The translations under genes were made by a program, and so were the position numbers. From the NCBI RefSeq assembly GCF_009914755.1, contig NC_060928.1: a stretch of 64,000 nt of DNA, one strand, 5' to 3'. This document shows positions 13,805 to 27,466 of this stretch, piece after piece. The DNA is from the human T2T-CHM13v2.0 reference genome, Homo sapiens. The stretch's first letter is position 1, and the number at the start of each line of letters is the position of its first letter. The notes under the pieces are model-generated. The model was not told the DNA's origin and ran no database searches. It was given only the letters and a program-made list of their open reading frames with translations.

Positions 13805-16696
13805 TTTATGAACAATACTAATTTCTAAGGAATTCATGATTGTTTAGTTCAATTGCCAAGCACTGCATCACTAAATATGATAGAAAAGAGTTTAAAATCA
13901 TCCACTGTTGTCCTCAGGGAATTTATATTACACATGTTCTACTCAAGTCTAAAAGGTTAATATTATTTATTGACTTGTGCTCACGGCAAATGTAACGTAC
14001 ACTTTACATAACAAAGTGGGAAATACATCCATGATCTAACATAAATGGTATATTGAAGAACATTCCTAGTTCTTACCGCAGCTTGACAATACAATCAAAA
14101 TAGACTTTGCCTGAAGTAAAGAAATGAAGGCCTTCATCTTTTGTGTCAATTTCAAGAATGATTACCTCTCAAACAACCTTGAACAGACTAACTATATTTT
14201 TATTTTTCTGGCATTGCTGAATTTGAAAGAATTCAGAGAACACTGGTTCTTTTAAAAAGAAAGATTAAATAGGCTTCTAAAGAAAGTAAATAATTTTTCT
14301 TAACAGGAAAAAAGGCAATGTTCCAAAAATACTTTTTATGAAAATCACAAATGTCCCAAGATTTTTTCAAGTAAGCCTATTTATCCATAGTTCCTCATCT
14401 ATTCATTTTTCTTTTTGTGTATGCATTTTTAAAATACTCTACTGAGGATTTCTAAAAACGCTGATTAACTTCAAAGCTTGAACTCAAATAAAATAATTAT
14501 TCAAAATTGGTCACATTGCATAATGAGGTTTACCTTTTAAAATTATATCTTAGTTATATCATTTGGCTAAAGTCTTTCTTTGTGTACCTTCTGATATTCC
14601 TCTTTCCCACCACATCCCCCAGCTCCTGCACCTGACCTCACCTCCAGTTAAGATGTGCAATGAAAATATCATTTATAATCTCCTCTCTATAAAATAAGCT
14701 GAAAGTAATGAACAAACATTGTGGGTCTAAAATAGAACTTGTAGGAATATTATTTGTAGTATTAAAAAAAAACCATTTGTATCAATGCATGGGTCAACAA
14801 TTCAGCAGATGAATAGGAAAGGCTTCCACAGCAAGACTGCACTTCCACACTGAATGTAGGGCCCCACATCCAAGACTCATCATATCTGGCTTCTGATTAA
14901 TCTTTAACATATCAGGACTACTCAGGGGAGGATTTAAAACTTCAAGCAAGGAGCTTCATGGACCCTACTGAGCTTAGAATTTGGAGCTCATCATTATTGT
15001 TCAAATGTGTTTAAATCTGACCTGTCATAATTTGCAAGTTTATTGACAAAATTTAGTGATCCAAGAGCCAGAAGAAAGATCTTGTGATCTCTTATCTATA
15101 TTCTATTTTCAACTCTCATAAGCAGATGTTGGGAACATAATAAAATGACATTTACAAGAAGGTACTGGCCTTTGTGGTCTTTGTTTTTGATCAGTAGCTA
15201 AATAGCCTAGGGCAATACTTTCTTATGAGGGGGGAACAAAAAAACACCAACATATTGAAGTCCTTAATTTGAGATTCAAATCAAATAAACTCTTAAAAAA
15301 AGATTAGTAAGGATAGTTTCACCTAAATCTTTACTGGGCTAAGAGTTCTACTTAGTTTTTCATTGTTTTATATAGCTCAGTCTCATTGCTGTCAATGCAA
15401 AAGTTTAAGATTAGGATGGATGGTTCAAAGTGGAAAAGTCATTAAGTTAAATTAGAATTAACAGAAATAAAAATGATGATTTAGGGTTATTAAAGACCCA
15501 TATTCACTTGAAGCATGCTTTTTGTAATGTCTTTCTATGTAAAAAAGCATTTGTTAAAAGTGACATTTATGTAAATAAATATTAAAATAATAATTCAAAT
15601 ATGGATTATCTATAAGATTGGTTTTGTTGATACTACTAATAAAATTAGATGATTTATAAGCCAAGGTATCACAGTGTGCCTCACGCCCAAGGAGAACAAT
15701 GAGGAAACCCCATGAAATTGAAGATATACCTGAATTAATCTACGTATAATACGTGCTTTTAGTCTTGAATGAGAATATGAGAGCTATTTCTTACATGCTA
15801 AGTAACTCTAACATCATCAATCAAGTCTTATCAAGTAGAATTCCACTTATAATTGTAACTTGGTGTCCTATGAAACTAAATTGGGAAAGGAAGGATCACC
15901 TGCTAGGAGCAACCTCAAAAGAGTCCCAAAAATGTCAGCAGAAGCCAGTAGACTTCTGTTAGCACTCTCTGGGGATGATGACACCCTAGGCACAAACATA
16001 TCAGTACTTCTGGCACATATTTCCAATGTTGAGAAAGACATACTTCTACTTAGGTGGATGCCAGTAAAACTTTCCAATCTCTCTACCACTGACTCAATTT
16101 ATTCAATCATCTACACTCACCAGATAAAATTAGGATTAAAATTTACTTCCTCTGTAGTTCTTCCTATCAGTTTGAATATTACAATCTGCATCCTTCATTA
16201 TAAGTCAATAAATCAGCAAAATGATTTATACATCATTTCCATGTGGAATTTTATAATATGAGATAGATTCACTCTCCCTTGTACTGGCAACAGGAATTCA
16301 CTAAACTTGCAAAGCCAAGGCCCTACCTATACCATGTTAAATTCACCAAGATCAAGACCATGTTGAAAGGACCCCTGACACACTCCTCTCCTAGCGATAA
16401 CTCCGCTTCTATATACATCTATAAAAGTTTAGCAGGTAGACATATGACAGCTTCACTAAGGATACACAGTACTTGGCACCTAGTGTGTACTATGTATGTA
16501 TTTAGTGACTGAATTAATTAAGAGCATTGTAGTGCACTTTCCCAGATTTGTAATTGTAAAAGGCAAGTGGAAGTTTTGGGGAAATATTTGCTCAGACAGA
16601 TTATGATTCATAAGCAGGTATCCACAAAACCAAAACATATAAAAGGTAGGAAAATTCTGGAAATAACTGCAGTAAGCACAATCAGATATGAACTGA

Positions 16697-17079
<383 letters not shown>

Positions 17080-17334
17080 TAATAGTTTAATTATAGGGTA
17101 AGCTCCTTCTAGGGACACTGCATAATATGCTACACTACCTTTCTAAAATATATATTTTTTAAATCTAAATTTTTAAATGTATGCAGTCCCTAGGGTTTCA
17201 GATAAAAGACAGTGAACCTGAACTCCTTACTTTCTGTTACATAAGCTAAGGAAATTTATCAATGTCTTATTTAGGCAAAGTTTGTAAAAATCCCAAAATA
17301 TTTTAACAATATGGGACACTTAATTGGGAGGAAC

Positions 17335-17560
17335 AACAATGTAGAAGAGAGAGCAAAGGCATTGAATCAGAGATTATATCAAATCCTAGCTTCAATGTCA
17401 ACTAAATATGTGAAACTTGTCAAATTGCCTCTCTGATCCTGTTTTTTTCATCTGGTAAAGAGATTTTTGGTGGCTTAAATGAGATAATATAGGAGATAAA
17501 ATATGAGATTAAAAAATAATTCTAATGACAGATTGTAGCACATTTATTGTTGTTAAAATA
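17335..17560 (+). mobile_element. MIR fragment
   Basis: TCAAATCCTAGCTTC...TGTGAAACTTGTCAAATTGCCTCTCTGATCCTGTTTTTTTCATCTG resembles the MIR core. Confidence 0.6.
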
Positions 17561-17863
17561 ATATTGATCACTAAAGCTATTGTACAGCATGCTAACATTT
17601 CTGACTTCTTTCATAGTAGCAACAAAGGAAAGGTTGGCTTTGATATCTGAGGGTTCATAGCTTTAGTATTTCAAACCTTAAAAATTCTGATATAGAAAAA
17701 ACAAATGCACATTGAATCATATTCCAAACCAGTGAGATTATTAATTTATTTTATAAGTTAAATGAATAATTTGAATTATCACATTGGATAAGCAATGGTT
17801 TTAATCATTTACTAATAAGTATGCATCCCTTATTTCAAACTAAACAACTGTAGGTGTCTTTAC

Positions 17864-17987
17864 CTGAAAAGAGTAGGTATGACCATCTGAACCACAAACA
17901 GGGCTGGGATAGACCACTGGGCACTGCTTGCAGGTGGATAATATGGGACCCCTCCACTGCCTATGGTCTACTCCTGCTTCTTTCATC
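17864..17987 (-). CDS. SPOCK3: Internal coding exon of testican-3 (SPARC/osteonectin, CWCV and Kazal-like domains proteoglycan 3); start of the Kazal-like domain
   Basis: Minus strand reads ttgctttatttttttaacAG|G ATG AAA GAA GCA...TAC TCT TTT CAG|GTaaag: canonical acceptor with pyrimidine tract and canonical donor. 124 bp, open frame (R)MKEAGVDHRQWRGPILSTCKQCPVVYPSPVCGSDGHTYSFQ with the Kazal motif CP-x5-PVCGSDGHTY. Peptide recognised as testican-3. Confidence 0.96.
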
Positions 17988-19732
17988 CTGTTAAAAAAAT
18001 AAAGCAAGCATATTGAGCATATTTATTTTAAAATATACATTTATATTAGCTCATTCCTCTCCTAAACTGCCATTCCAACTCCTGAAGATACATTAGAATC
18101 AACAAACTATTCTCATTTTTAATTTATTATTTCATGCCATATTTTTCATTATAATCTTTTGATTTATATCTTAAGGCTTGCCTCTGATAAAAAAGAATAT
18201 GTTCCTTAAATATATTCTGCTAGTCACATATAAATGATAGCTGTATTTCTTCATGTGAACCCTTTTGATAGACTCAGAAACAGAAGCAACACTTGCTCAG
18301 CAATAAAGAACTCACACATCTGGCACCTTCTTAAAAGCCATCCTCATGTTCCATTAGGAACAATATAAAAAAGATGACATCTAATCCACTGGGTGCCTAA
18401 AAGTAAGAGTGGCTTACTTTTAGAGAAAACAGAAATAAAGAATTACAATTTTCCAGGATTTATCAGTATTTAGAAAGCCAAATTGCTAGGTTTAGTGATA
18501 ACAAATCTCCTTTTGTTGTGTAAAAGTGTCTTCAAATAGATCCATGCAGCTTTGATACAGAATAACTGGAAAAAAATCCATTCTCTTCTGCCACCTACAC
18601 TTACGATTGTTTGTTTCCCCACTTTGGTTAAATTGCTTTATTCCTTTGCCTATTTGTGTGAACAATTTACACAGAGTCAGGAAAATGGCTTGAAAGTTAG
18701 AAAAAAAATTAACTGAGAGTTCATATAAACACATTTAATATTTGAAAGTCCTGTAGTAAATCAATATTCATTTATTACAACTGCTTATGGAGAGAGTAAT
18801 TTGATGCCTATGTCAGGATGAGAATAGATATTTTACCAGAAACATTTTTTTTCTTTTTGCTTTTTGTTTTCTTTTCATGAATATGTCAAACCTACAAAAT
18901 AGTTGTCCCAAAAGACTATCAAGACACATTTTAAGGGCTTTCATTATAAGGAAAGAAGTTTGAACTATGTGTTTCAAATTTTGCCAGAGTTTGGGTGGGC
19001 ATTACACATAGATTATTTTCTGTCTCTCTCTCTCTCTCTCTCAAAGATTTTCATGAAGCCTATCATAGTTCCAAATACGTTCTCTTTATTTCAGTTTTGT
19101 ACATTCTGCCAAAAGACCACATTAAAACCTTGCTTTGCTACAAAGTTCATCTTATAATAGATACAATGGGAGAAAATAAACATGCCAATTTTTCCTGAAA
19201 AACAGTTGGCACAATATCCTAGTGAGAGATAAAACAATGATTGAAAAACGTGGGCTATTCTGTAACACTTCAAGATTTATAAATTACGAAAATGTAGCAG
19301 ATACAAATTAAAAAAAAAAAACCATTCTACTTGCACTGAACTTTCACTGTGTGTAATCAAACAAGACATGAAATTACGCAACAATTATTTGCTCTTCAGA
19401 TACATTAGGAGAAAGTATAAGCAAGTTTGGGCTTCTAATCAGTGAAAAGTATTTTATTAGAGCAAAAGAGGATTGTAGTAAAAAAAAAATAAGACGTATA
19501 TGTCCTTTATGCTTAGGTTTATATCCCATCTCCATATCTCTTCTTTACTTCATCTCATTCTCCTTTCCTAACACATATAATTTAAAAAACCCTAATGATA
19601 TCTGGAAACTAAACATTGTTGTATTAATAAATTTCTCTTATAAATATAACATTTATGACTTAGAAAATCTTTCAATTTTAATTTAAAGAGTAAATATAAC
19701 TAGAAGTAAATTTTTAAAAAGTTTGAAGATTT

Positions 19733-20021
19733 GGCTGGGCACGTTGGCTCACGCCTGTAATCCCAGTGCTGTGGGAGGCCGAGACAGGCGGATCACCTGA
19801 GGTTGGGAGTTTGAGACCAGGCTGACCAACATGGAGAAATCCCGTCTCTACTAAAAATACAAAATTAGCCAGGCATGGTGGTGCATGCCCATAATCCCCG
19901 CTACTCAGGAGGCTAAGGCAGGAGAATAGCTTGAATCCAGGAGGCGGTGGTTGCCATGAGTCAAGATCACACCACTGCACTCCAGTCTGAGCGAAACTCC
20001 GTCTCAAAAAATAAAATAAAA
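19733..20021 (+). mobile_element. AluSp
   Basis: Sp-type GAGGTTGGGAGTT and GACCAACATGGAGAAA; ttgaagattt repeated on both sides (TSD); small deletion near the 3' end. Confidence 0.93.
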
Positions 20022-20182
20022 TACAATTGAAGATTTATTAGAAATTTGTGAAATTGAAATGAGCTCTTAAAAAGTAAAATTGTAATGTACTTGTAAAATA
20101 GATTTTGAAGTAAAACAAGATTAGTTGTTCTTATTCCTTCCAGTTTTAACCATACGGAACACTAAATAAACATGTTCATATT

Positions 20183-20215
20183 CTTTTTTTTATTATTATT
20201 ATACTTTAAGTTTTA
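20183..20215 (-). mobile_element. Very short L1PA 3'-terminal stub
   Basis: Reverse complement is TAAAACTTAAAGTATAATAATAATAAAAAAAAA, the L1PA terminus (compare 59317-59341). Confidence 0.6.
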
Positions 20216-20461
20216 TGAGTGTATCAATAAAAATGGTACTTTTTATTTAGTTTTGATGCTGGTCAGGATTTGCTGGAGTGAAATATAATCACCAACAATA
20301 TACAAATGCATTTCTCAGTCTTATTATAGGAATACAAAGTACTTCTACAAATTTATAGAAGTCCAACTCTATGTGATATCACCTGTCCACCTATATGTAA
20401 TATCACTATTCATCATGGGAGAGATTTTTGCATTTCCAGACTCCTTTTATAAAAATGTATC

Positions 20462-20578
20462 CTAGATGATGAGTTGATAGGTGCAGCAAACCACCATGGC
20501 AGGTGTATGTGTATACCTCTGTAACAAACCTGTACATTCTGCACATGTATCCCAGGACTTAAAATAATTAAAAAAAAA
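20462..20578 (+). mobile_element. 5'-truncated L1PA (PA7/8-like) 3' end
   Basis: TAGATGATGAGTTGATAGGTGCAGCAAACCACCATGGCA...GCACATGTATCCCAGGACTTAAAA, with probable TSD aaaaatgtatc / aaaaatgtttc. Confidence 0.88.
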
Positions 20579-22596
20579 TGTTTCTTATGATTCATAATGT
20601 GTTTGGTTTGGCATCAGAGATTGTTCTCAGAATTAGTGTTCTTCTTAGTCATTTAAATTTTTGTTTTGTTCTTAGAAAAATTAGCCAAGTAGATGAAGAT
20701 GTAACATTAAAAACTTAACACTTAATACCTGTGTATGATATATAATATGTAAACATATATAAATTATATATACACGGAAATCATCTGTTGTTGGTCGGTT
20801 TTTAATTCTATTTTGAAGGCCCCATTTAAGAGAGAGCAACGTGTTTCTAAGAGAGAAATGAAGTCACATAGTCATTGTATAGGTGAAGATGAGCAAAGCA
20901 ACATGATTAGGGAAAGGTGTATTTGGCTCAGGCTATGAGAATGGTTGCCTGGCAACTGTGGCAAGAGGAATGCCCCAGGTAAGAAACTAGATCTGGGGAG
21001 AGCACAACTAGGCACATTATTCTGAATATTCTAGGTGCAGAAAAGATTAACCTTCGAGCATACATCTAATTTTTTGATACACCAAAGGTCATTTGCAGTT
21101 AGTTATCTGAAATTATTAACAAATAGGGTGATACAACTTGCTTCCACTAATGAAGTAAAAAACCTAAGCTGGCTGAAAAACTCTGAACATTTTCAGAAAT
21201 TGGTCTTCCAACAGTAGCTCCACTGGAATAAACGTATGACTTTCAGACAATTATTTTTTCAAAAAAATATTCAATTCTAAAAATCTGAGTTAAAAATTTA
21301 TTTAGTTTATAACTGCATCCTATACAGGGTCACAACCCTTCCCTTAAGGAATAAGAAATTGTATTTTTGAACCCAGGGAAACGAAGCAAATTGAATAACA
21401 TATAATAAACTCAAGTTTTCTTTTTTTTTTCCTCAGAATCATTCGTTTCAAAGATTCCAGATTCAAGGCCCTAAGATAGTTTCATATAATTATAAATATT
21501 ATTATGTTTTTAAGAGCTGGAAAATTAAACTAATAACTAAAGAGGAATTCATACTATTGCTAGCGTTCTTTTAGGTGACTCACTTCTAGGCAGTTGAATC
21601 ATATTATCTTCTTACCACCTGAACTATTATCTTGTATTCATGATTTAACTTTCACTCTAGTCTTCAATATGTCTCTAGCATCAGTCTCATATGAAAGCTC
21701 AACAGTCTCATTTTCCTAATAACTATAATGTTAATTGCTGCTACATTCATTTACTCATTTATGTTCTACTTAGTTTTCTGTTTAAGTTAATCATGTTCAT
21801 TTTAACAAAATAATTTGAACAAAACTTCCATGTTTCAGGATTTACACTGATTTCTGAAAGAGGGTAAATGATGTTACCAAAATGGTTAGCAAAAAAACAA
21901 AAACCACAAAAAACCCTCTCATTCTAACTTGACTTGAATTTAACATATGCCCATTTCATTAATCAGCCTTGGCAAGCCAGCCACCTCCCTCGGTCTTAAT
22001 TTCTTCACTTGTGCAATGACAGGTTTCATTATTATGGATCATTTGATCTTGAGTAATCCATCAGTCTATAAATCTTTAATACAATTACTTATATGAAGAT
22101 GCTTAGCAAAAGTTAGAAGCATAAATAGTGCATATTGGCCACATGTTATGATTTTAGGATTTGATTTAGTGTTAACAAGTGAAGCAAATATATCATTATG
22201 GGGTGAAGGATGAGGTTGGATGTTAAAAGAGAGAGCTAGAAATGCTGAAGTTGCAATGCTGGGCTGTCTCAAGTAGCAAATGAAAGACATGGAGGGAGCC
22301 CAGTCATATGATAACCAATGAATGAAAGGAAATAAAATGTGGCGTGGTTGTGTTAAAAGAGGCACAGTTTCCATGAAAGCTATCTACAAATAAAATAATA
22401 TTTGCATTACAATGTCAAGAAACAAGAAATCATAAAAATAAATGGTATAACACATTGATTCTCTAAATAAATATTTTTCTTAAACCTTGTAGTTCTTGAA
22501 TCTGATACCATATAGTAGAAAGTCTCAGTTCTTAAGGTCCTAAATATGCAAGCAGAATAAAATGCCAATTTATGCATTATATATTTAACTTAGGAG

Positions 22597-23113
22597 AGAT
22601 ATGGTTTGGCTCTGTGTCCTCACCCAAATCTCATCTTAAATTGTAATCCCCACGTGTCGAGGGAGGGATGTGGTTGGATTATGACGTAAAAAACCTAAGC
22701 TGGCTGAAAAACTCTGAACATTTTCTGAAATTGGTCTTCCGACAGTAGCTCCACTGGAGTAAATGTATGACTTTCAGAGAATTATTTTTTCAAAAAAATA
22801 TTCATTTCTAAAAATCTGACTTAAAATTTATTTAGTTTATAACTGCATCCTATACAGGGTCACTGTCACTCACTTGTGATAGTGAGTGAGTTCTCATGAA
22901 ATCTCATGGTTTTATAAGTGTTTGGAAGTTCCTCCTTTATTTTTCTGTTTCCTGCTCCTTCGTGAAGGAAGTGCCTTGCTTCCCCTTCCCCCATGACTGT
23001 TAAATTTCCTGAGGCCTCCCTAGCCATGTGAAACTGTGAGTCAATTAAACCTCTTTCCTTTACATATTACCCAGTCTCAGGCATTTCTTTATATCAGTGT
23101 GAAAACTAATACA
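22597..23113 (+). mobile_element. THE1-type MaLR solo LTR, interrupted by a copied 183-bp segment
   Basis: GATATGGTTTGGCTCTGTGTCC...CAATTAAACCTCTTTCCTTT...CTAATACA, with foreign sequence at 22681-22863. Confidence 0.92.
22681..22863 (+). repeat. Direct copy of 21150-21333
   Basis: Manual alignment gives 8 substitutions and one 1-bp indel over ~183 bp. Confidence 0.97.
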
Positions 23114-23635
23114 TACCAATATTAATTTAATTATTAACAGAAGGATTTGATTATAATCTCATAAAACAACATTCAAGTGAGAAGAGATATTCTGTGGAAT
23201 ATCTCAACTGATGGTGACTTAATATATTTCTTCTGCACTCAATACACCTACTATTTCACGTCCCAAATCATTTGCTTTTTAAAATTCTGCCAGAGTTGTG
23301 GTAGGATTATTTCTTCAGATATGACTGCCAAGTCATGATTTCTTCCCTATTGGTCATAACTTTTCAGGAAAGAAGGCTACTTTTATTACATTTTGCCATG
23401 GGTCTTAGCAAAGGACAGTTGCTATTAGCTGACTGCAGTAAATTATCTTTCAGTGTGAGAAAATTATATAAAAGCTGGAAAAGCCTACATGGAACTTACT
23501 AAATCTACAATGAACACTATTTACTTTAAATGATTTCTATATTGTATGTCAGGAATTTGAGCATTAAAGGAAAATATCATAAGAAATAAATTTTAAGTAA
23601 GGTATATACTCTATGAATGCAAAAAAGTATTCTGT

Positions 23636-23735
23636 CAGCCTCCTATCCAAATACTAACCAGGCCCAGCCCTGCTTAGCTTCCTAGATCAGAAGAGGTCAG
23701 ATAGGTTCAGGGTGGTATAGAATTAGGCTGTAGAC
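23636..23735 (-). pseudogene. 5S rRNA pseudogene, 3'-truncated
   Basis: Reverse complement GTCTACAGCC[taattct]ATACCACCCTGAAC...CTGATCTAGGAAGCTAAGCAGGGCTGGGCCTGGTTAGTATTTGGATAGGAGGCTG matches roughly the first 93 nt of 5S rRNA, with a 7-nt insertion and CpG decay. Confidence 0.93.
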
Positions 23736-23977
23736 TAAAATACTTTATAAAATAAAATACTATTAACAATGTTGCTATAAAAAATGGATGTTATATAAGA
23801 AATCATTTGACATAGCTTATTCTGCAATATGAATAACAACCTGATTTGCTCTATATATTTTCAAAGGACAGAAATTCACAAAAAAACAATTTTTAAACAT
23901 ATTTTAAAATACAGTGGGAGAAGTAATTAATGAAAAATACCTTTAAAAATTATTCCTAAGATAAATTAACTACAATC

Positions 23978-24390
23978 TGATACAGTTTGCATGTTTTTTC
24001 CCTCCAAATGTCATGTTGAATTTTGATTCCCATTGTTGGAGGTGGGGCCTGGGGGAAGGTGTTTGGGTCATAGGGGTGGATCCCTCATGAGTGCTTTGGT
24101 GCCATCCTCATGGTAATGAGTGAGTCCTTGCTCTATTAGTTCTGGTGAGATCTGATTATTTAAAGAGCCTGGCCTCTCTGTCTTGATTTCTCTCTGGCCA
24201 TGTGATCTCTGCACACCCCAGATCCCCTTCAAATTCTGCTATGAGTGGAAGCACTCTGGGGCTCTCACCAGAAGCAGATGCTGGCACCTTGATTCTTGTA
24301 CAGCTTGGAGAACCATCAGACAAATAAACTTCTTTTCTTTATAATTAAGCCAGTCTCAGGTATTCCTTTATAGCAACATAAACTAAGACA
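23978..24390 (+). mobile_element. MSTB-type MaLR solo LTR
   Basis: TG...CA termini (TGATACAGTTTG...CTAAGACA) with perfect 5-bp TSD CAATC. Confidence 0.93.
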
Positions 24391-26566
24391 CAATCTAAAG
24401 AATGATTATAATAATAAATTTTCAATATGAACTGTGCTTATGAGGCCAACAAGTATGATGTAGAAAAGTTACCAAGAAATCAAAGCAATCAGTGATTTAA
24501 AGTACATGCTTTACAGAGCGTTTAAATTAAACATCAGGATTTAGAGTTTAAAGAGAAGTGGATAATTTATAATGAGCACCAATTTCTTTGAACAGATCCA
24601 GTTATTATCATACTTGAATAATATATGCTGTCAAGTAAATGATTTTTTAAGTGGTGGGCATATTCATAATTACTGAAGGCATCAATAAACTCTTTCAAAA
24701 TTTCAATAGGCATCACGACAAATGACATGACTGCATATTTCCAATCTCCTTTTCAATCTGACCCTCAACAGTAAAATAGCTTTGAAATGTATAAAATGTA
24801 GATGATGTCAAATTCAGATTGTAGTGATCCAGGTCCATACTCTTTCCACCTACTTAATTCCACACTATTTCAATTACTAAAAACCCCTTCATTTAAAAAG
24901 GTATATTCAACTGCAAATGATCTTCATTGTATAAGATATAAAGAGTCATTACCAGGAGTTATAATGGACAAGAAATCTTTATAAACCCGTTTCCAGCAAA
25001 ATGCAAGCCAACAGATTAAGAATTTATAATCTCATGTGTGACAAATTAATTACCTCATTAAAAGCTATGTATAGTTATCATCATTGAAAGAAGTGTTAGA
25101 AAGTTATTTTTTCTTTTAAATCAGTATAATATTAAAATGCATTATTTTAAGAACTAAACCAAGTATTTAAATAAATCTAAGGTTAGATTTACATGTATGC
25201 TGATAGCCTTATGTGACAGACACATATATTACATTGTTTATCATTTTAACAATCTTATACAGTGTGTATTAGCATTTAAATTGTAAGGCTAGGAAGAAGT
25301 AAATTGACGGAGCTTAATTATCAAGTCTCTGGTGCGTACAATTCATAAATATGGACTTCCAGGGTTATCCTTTCCACTGGGCCATTTATGTTTCCTACCA
25401 TAAGCATACATATAAAATTTTAAACGTAATGGAAAACCACATTCCAATATTCCATAAATTTCTAGACCCGTTGATGTAATAGGTTAAAAATGACAGCATC
25501 ACTACCTCAAATTTTAGTTAGAATCTTCACCACCACCAAAATACAAGGTGGTGTCTGGAGAGTATACCTCCTGGCTAATGAAATCTGAAATTTATATGGT
25601 GTGAAATAAGTAATAAAATATCATAATCTAGATTCTGAATTAGTAAAAGGATTAACTAACTAAGGTATGAATTGGTTCTATTTAATTTGTATTGACAGGT
25701 ATATTTATTTTCATTCAAGATATTAATGTTCATAAGCAAAACAAGCTTTCAACCATTAACTGTGCTACTATTTTAACCTTAACTAGCTTACAGTGTCAGC
25801 ACTGAGCAAAGTGTGAACTAAGATTTGAGTTCATAAAAATATGTGATTCTTAAATATCAAGGAGATTCTATATTTGGAAAAATGTATTCACATTTTAAAA
25901 ATAGCAGTGACAGATATGCAGCTTAAAGCGAGAAAAATATTTTACCAAAAGAAAATGCCTAAGCGCAACATTTCCTAAAAGACATGGAAAAATATTGTTT
26001 GACTATTGAAAACACATTTTTATATATATATAAATGTCTTGATTGTGAAAAATTCTTTTAATTTTTAAAAAATTTTCTTAACAGAAGCCAATGATTTTAG
26101 CTGCTTTTAAAAATAGATCTGAAAGCTTCAGCAGAGCCATTTAACAATTAAATGCTGCATTTTATTTAAGTAAACCGTCATTAAGGACCATCCAAAGTTC
26201 AGGGAGACAAAACACAGCTTTTCCTTCATACCCTGTCTTTGTGGAAGTCATTATCATTGCCTTTCTCCTAGCTTACTGCTTTATTGGGAAAGGAAAGTTG
26301 CAGAAAGAAGAAAGAAACTACCATGTTTTGCTTGAGTCTGATTTACAGGATGAAACAAACGATTAAGTGTGAAACCTCCACTCTGCATTAGCTCTGACAG
26401 CTATATTTGAAGTACAGCAATTTGCCCAATCACATGTCTGATTTTTCAAGTTAACAAGTAATTAATAAAATTTAAAAGGCAGCCTAATATTTTATCCTAT
26501 AGCATTTTTCTATCAGATTGTATTGGTTTCCTGTCCTGGAAGAGTATACTTTCAAACATGTGTTGA

Positions 26567-26860
26567 ATTTTTTTTTTTTTTTTTTTGAGACTGAGTCTTA
26601 CACTATTGCCAGGCTGGAGTGCAGTGGCACAATCTCAGCTCAACTTCTACCTCCCGGGTTCAAGCAATTCTCTTGCCTCAGCCTGCTGTAGCTGGCACTA
26701 TAGGCGCACGCCACCACGCTCAGCTAATTTTTGTATTTTTTGTAGAGACAGGGGTTTCACCATGTTGGCCAGGATAGTCTCAATCTCTTGACCTTGTGAT
26801 CCGCCCGCCTTGGCCTCCCAAAGTGCTGTGATTACAGGCATGAGCCACTGCACCCAGCCC
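26567..26860 (-). mobile_element. AluSc-like
   Basis: Poly-T, TTGCCAGGCTGG, CCAGGATAGTCTCAATCTCTTGACCTTGTGATCC; gtgttga on both sides. Confidence 0.93.
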
Positions 26861-27175
26861 GTGTTGACTCTTTATTGGTATAACCAGGAGTAGGGGCAGA
26901 CTCACTAGCCAAGGAACTGTTCTCCTGGAAATTGTATCTCAATACTTTGTACTATATATTAAAGACTATAAAAAAGCCTTTCAAAAACAGTTTTATTATT
27001 GTTACTTATATATTATTACTTATAGTTACAGCTACATAAATGTTCTATGAACTGAATCAGGTACCATTAAAATTCCCATCACTATCTCTCCTAATAAATT
27101 ATCATCTTCTAACCTACAAATAGTACCTATGCGCCCTTCTAGATACTGTTTAGTTATTTGCTCATAAACGTACAA

Positions 27176-27466
27176 CGGGGGTCCCCAAAAGCCAGGCAGT
27201 GGCCCAGTAGCCGTCACCTGTTAGGAACCGGGCTGCACAGTAGGAGGTAAGCAAGCCAGCATCACCACCTGAGCACCGCCTCCTGTCAGATCAGCAGTGG
27301 CATTAGTGCAAACCCTATTGTGAACGGCGGACACGAGGGGTCTAGGTGTTGCCCTCCTTATGAGAATCTAGCATCTGATCATCTGAGGTGAAACAGTTTC
27401 ATACCCAAACCATCTCCCACTCCCCTGTAAACCAGTCCTTGGTGCCAAAAAGATTGGGGACCGCTG
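27176..27466 (+). mobile_element. MER1B hAT-Charlie DNA transposon
   Basis: Terminal inverted repeats CGGGGGTCCCCAA / TTGGGGACCGCTG, internal CCTGTTAGGAACCGGGCTGCACAG, 8-bp TSD-like acgtacaa / ccctacaa. Confidence 0.9.

Noticed and set aside
15753-16512. Cluster of 69-133 aa ORFs
   Set aside because: No domain similarity and no splice-supported exon; partly old L2-like sequence.
24400-26560. Repeat-poor stretch as a possible conserved enhancer (also ~30800-32400)
   Set aside because: Cannot be supported from sequence alone; needs conservation or chromatin data.
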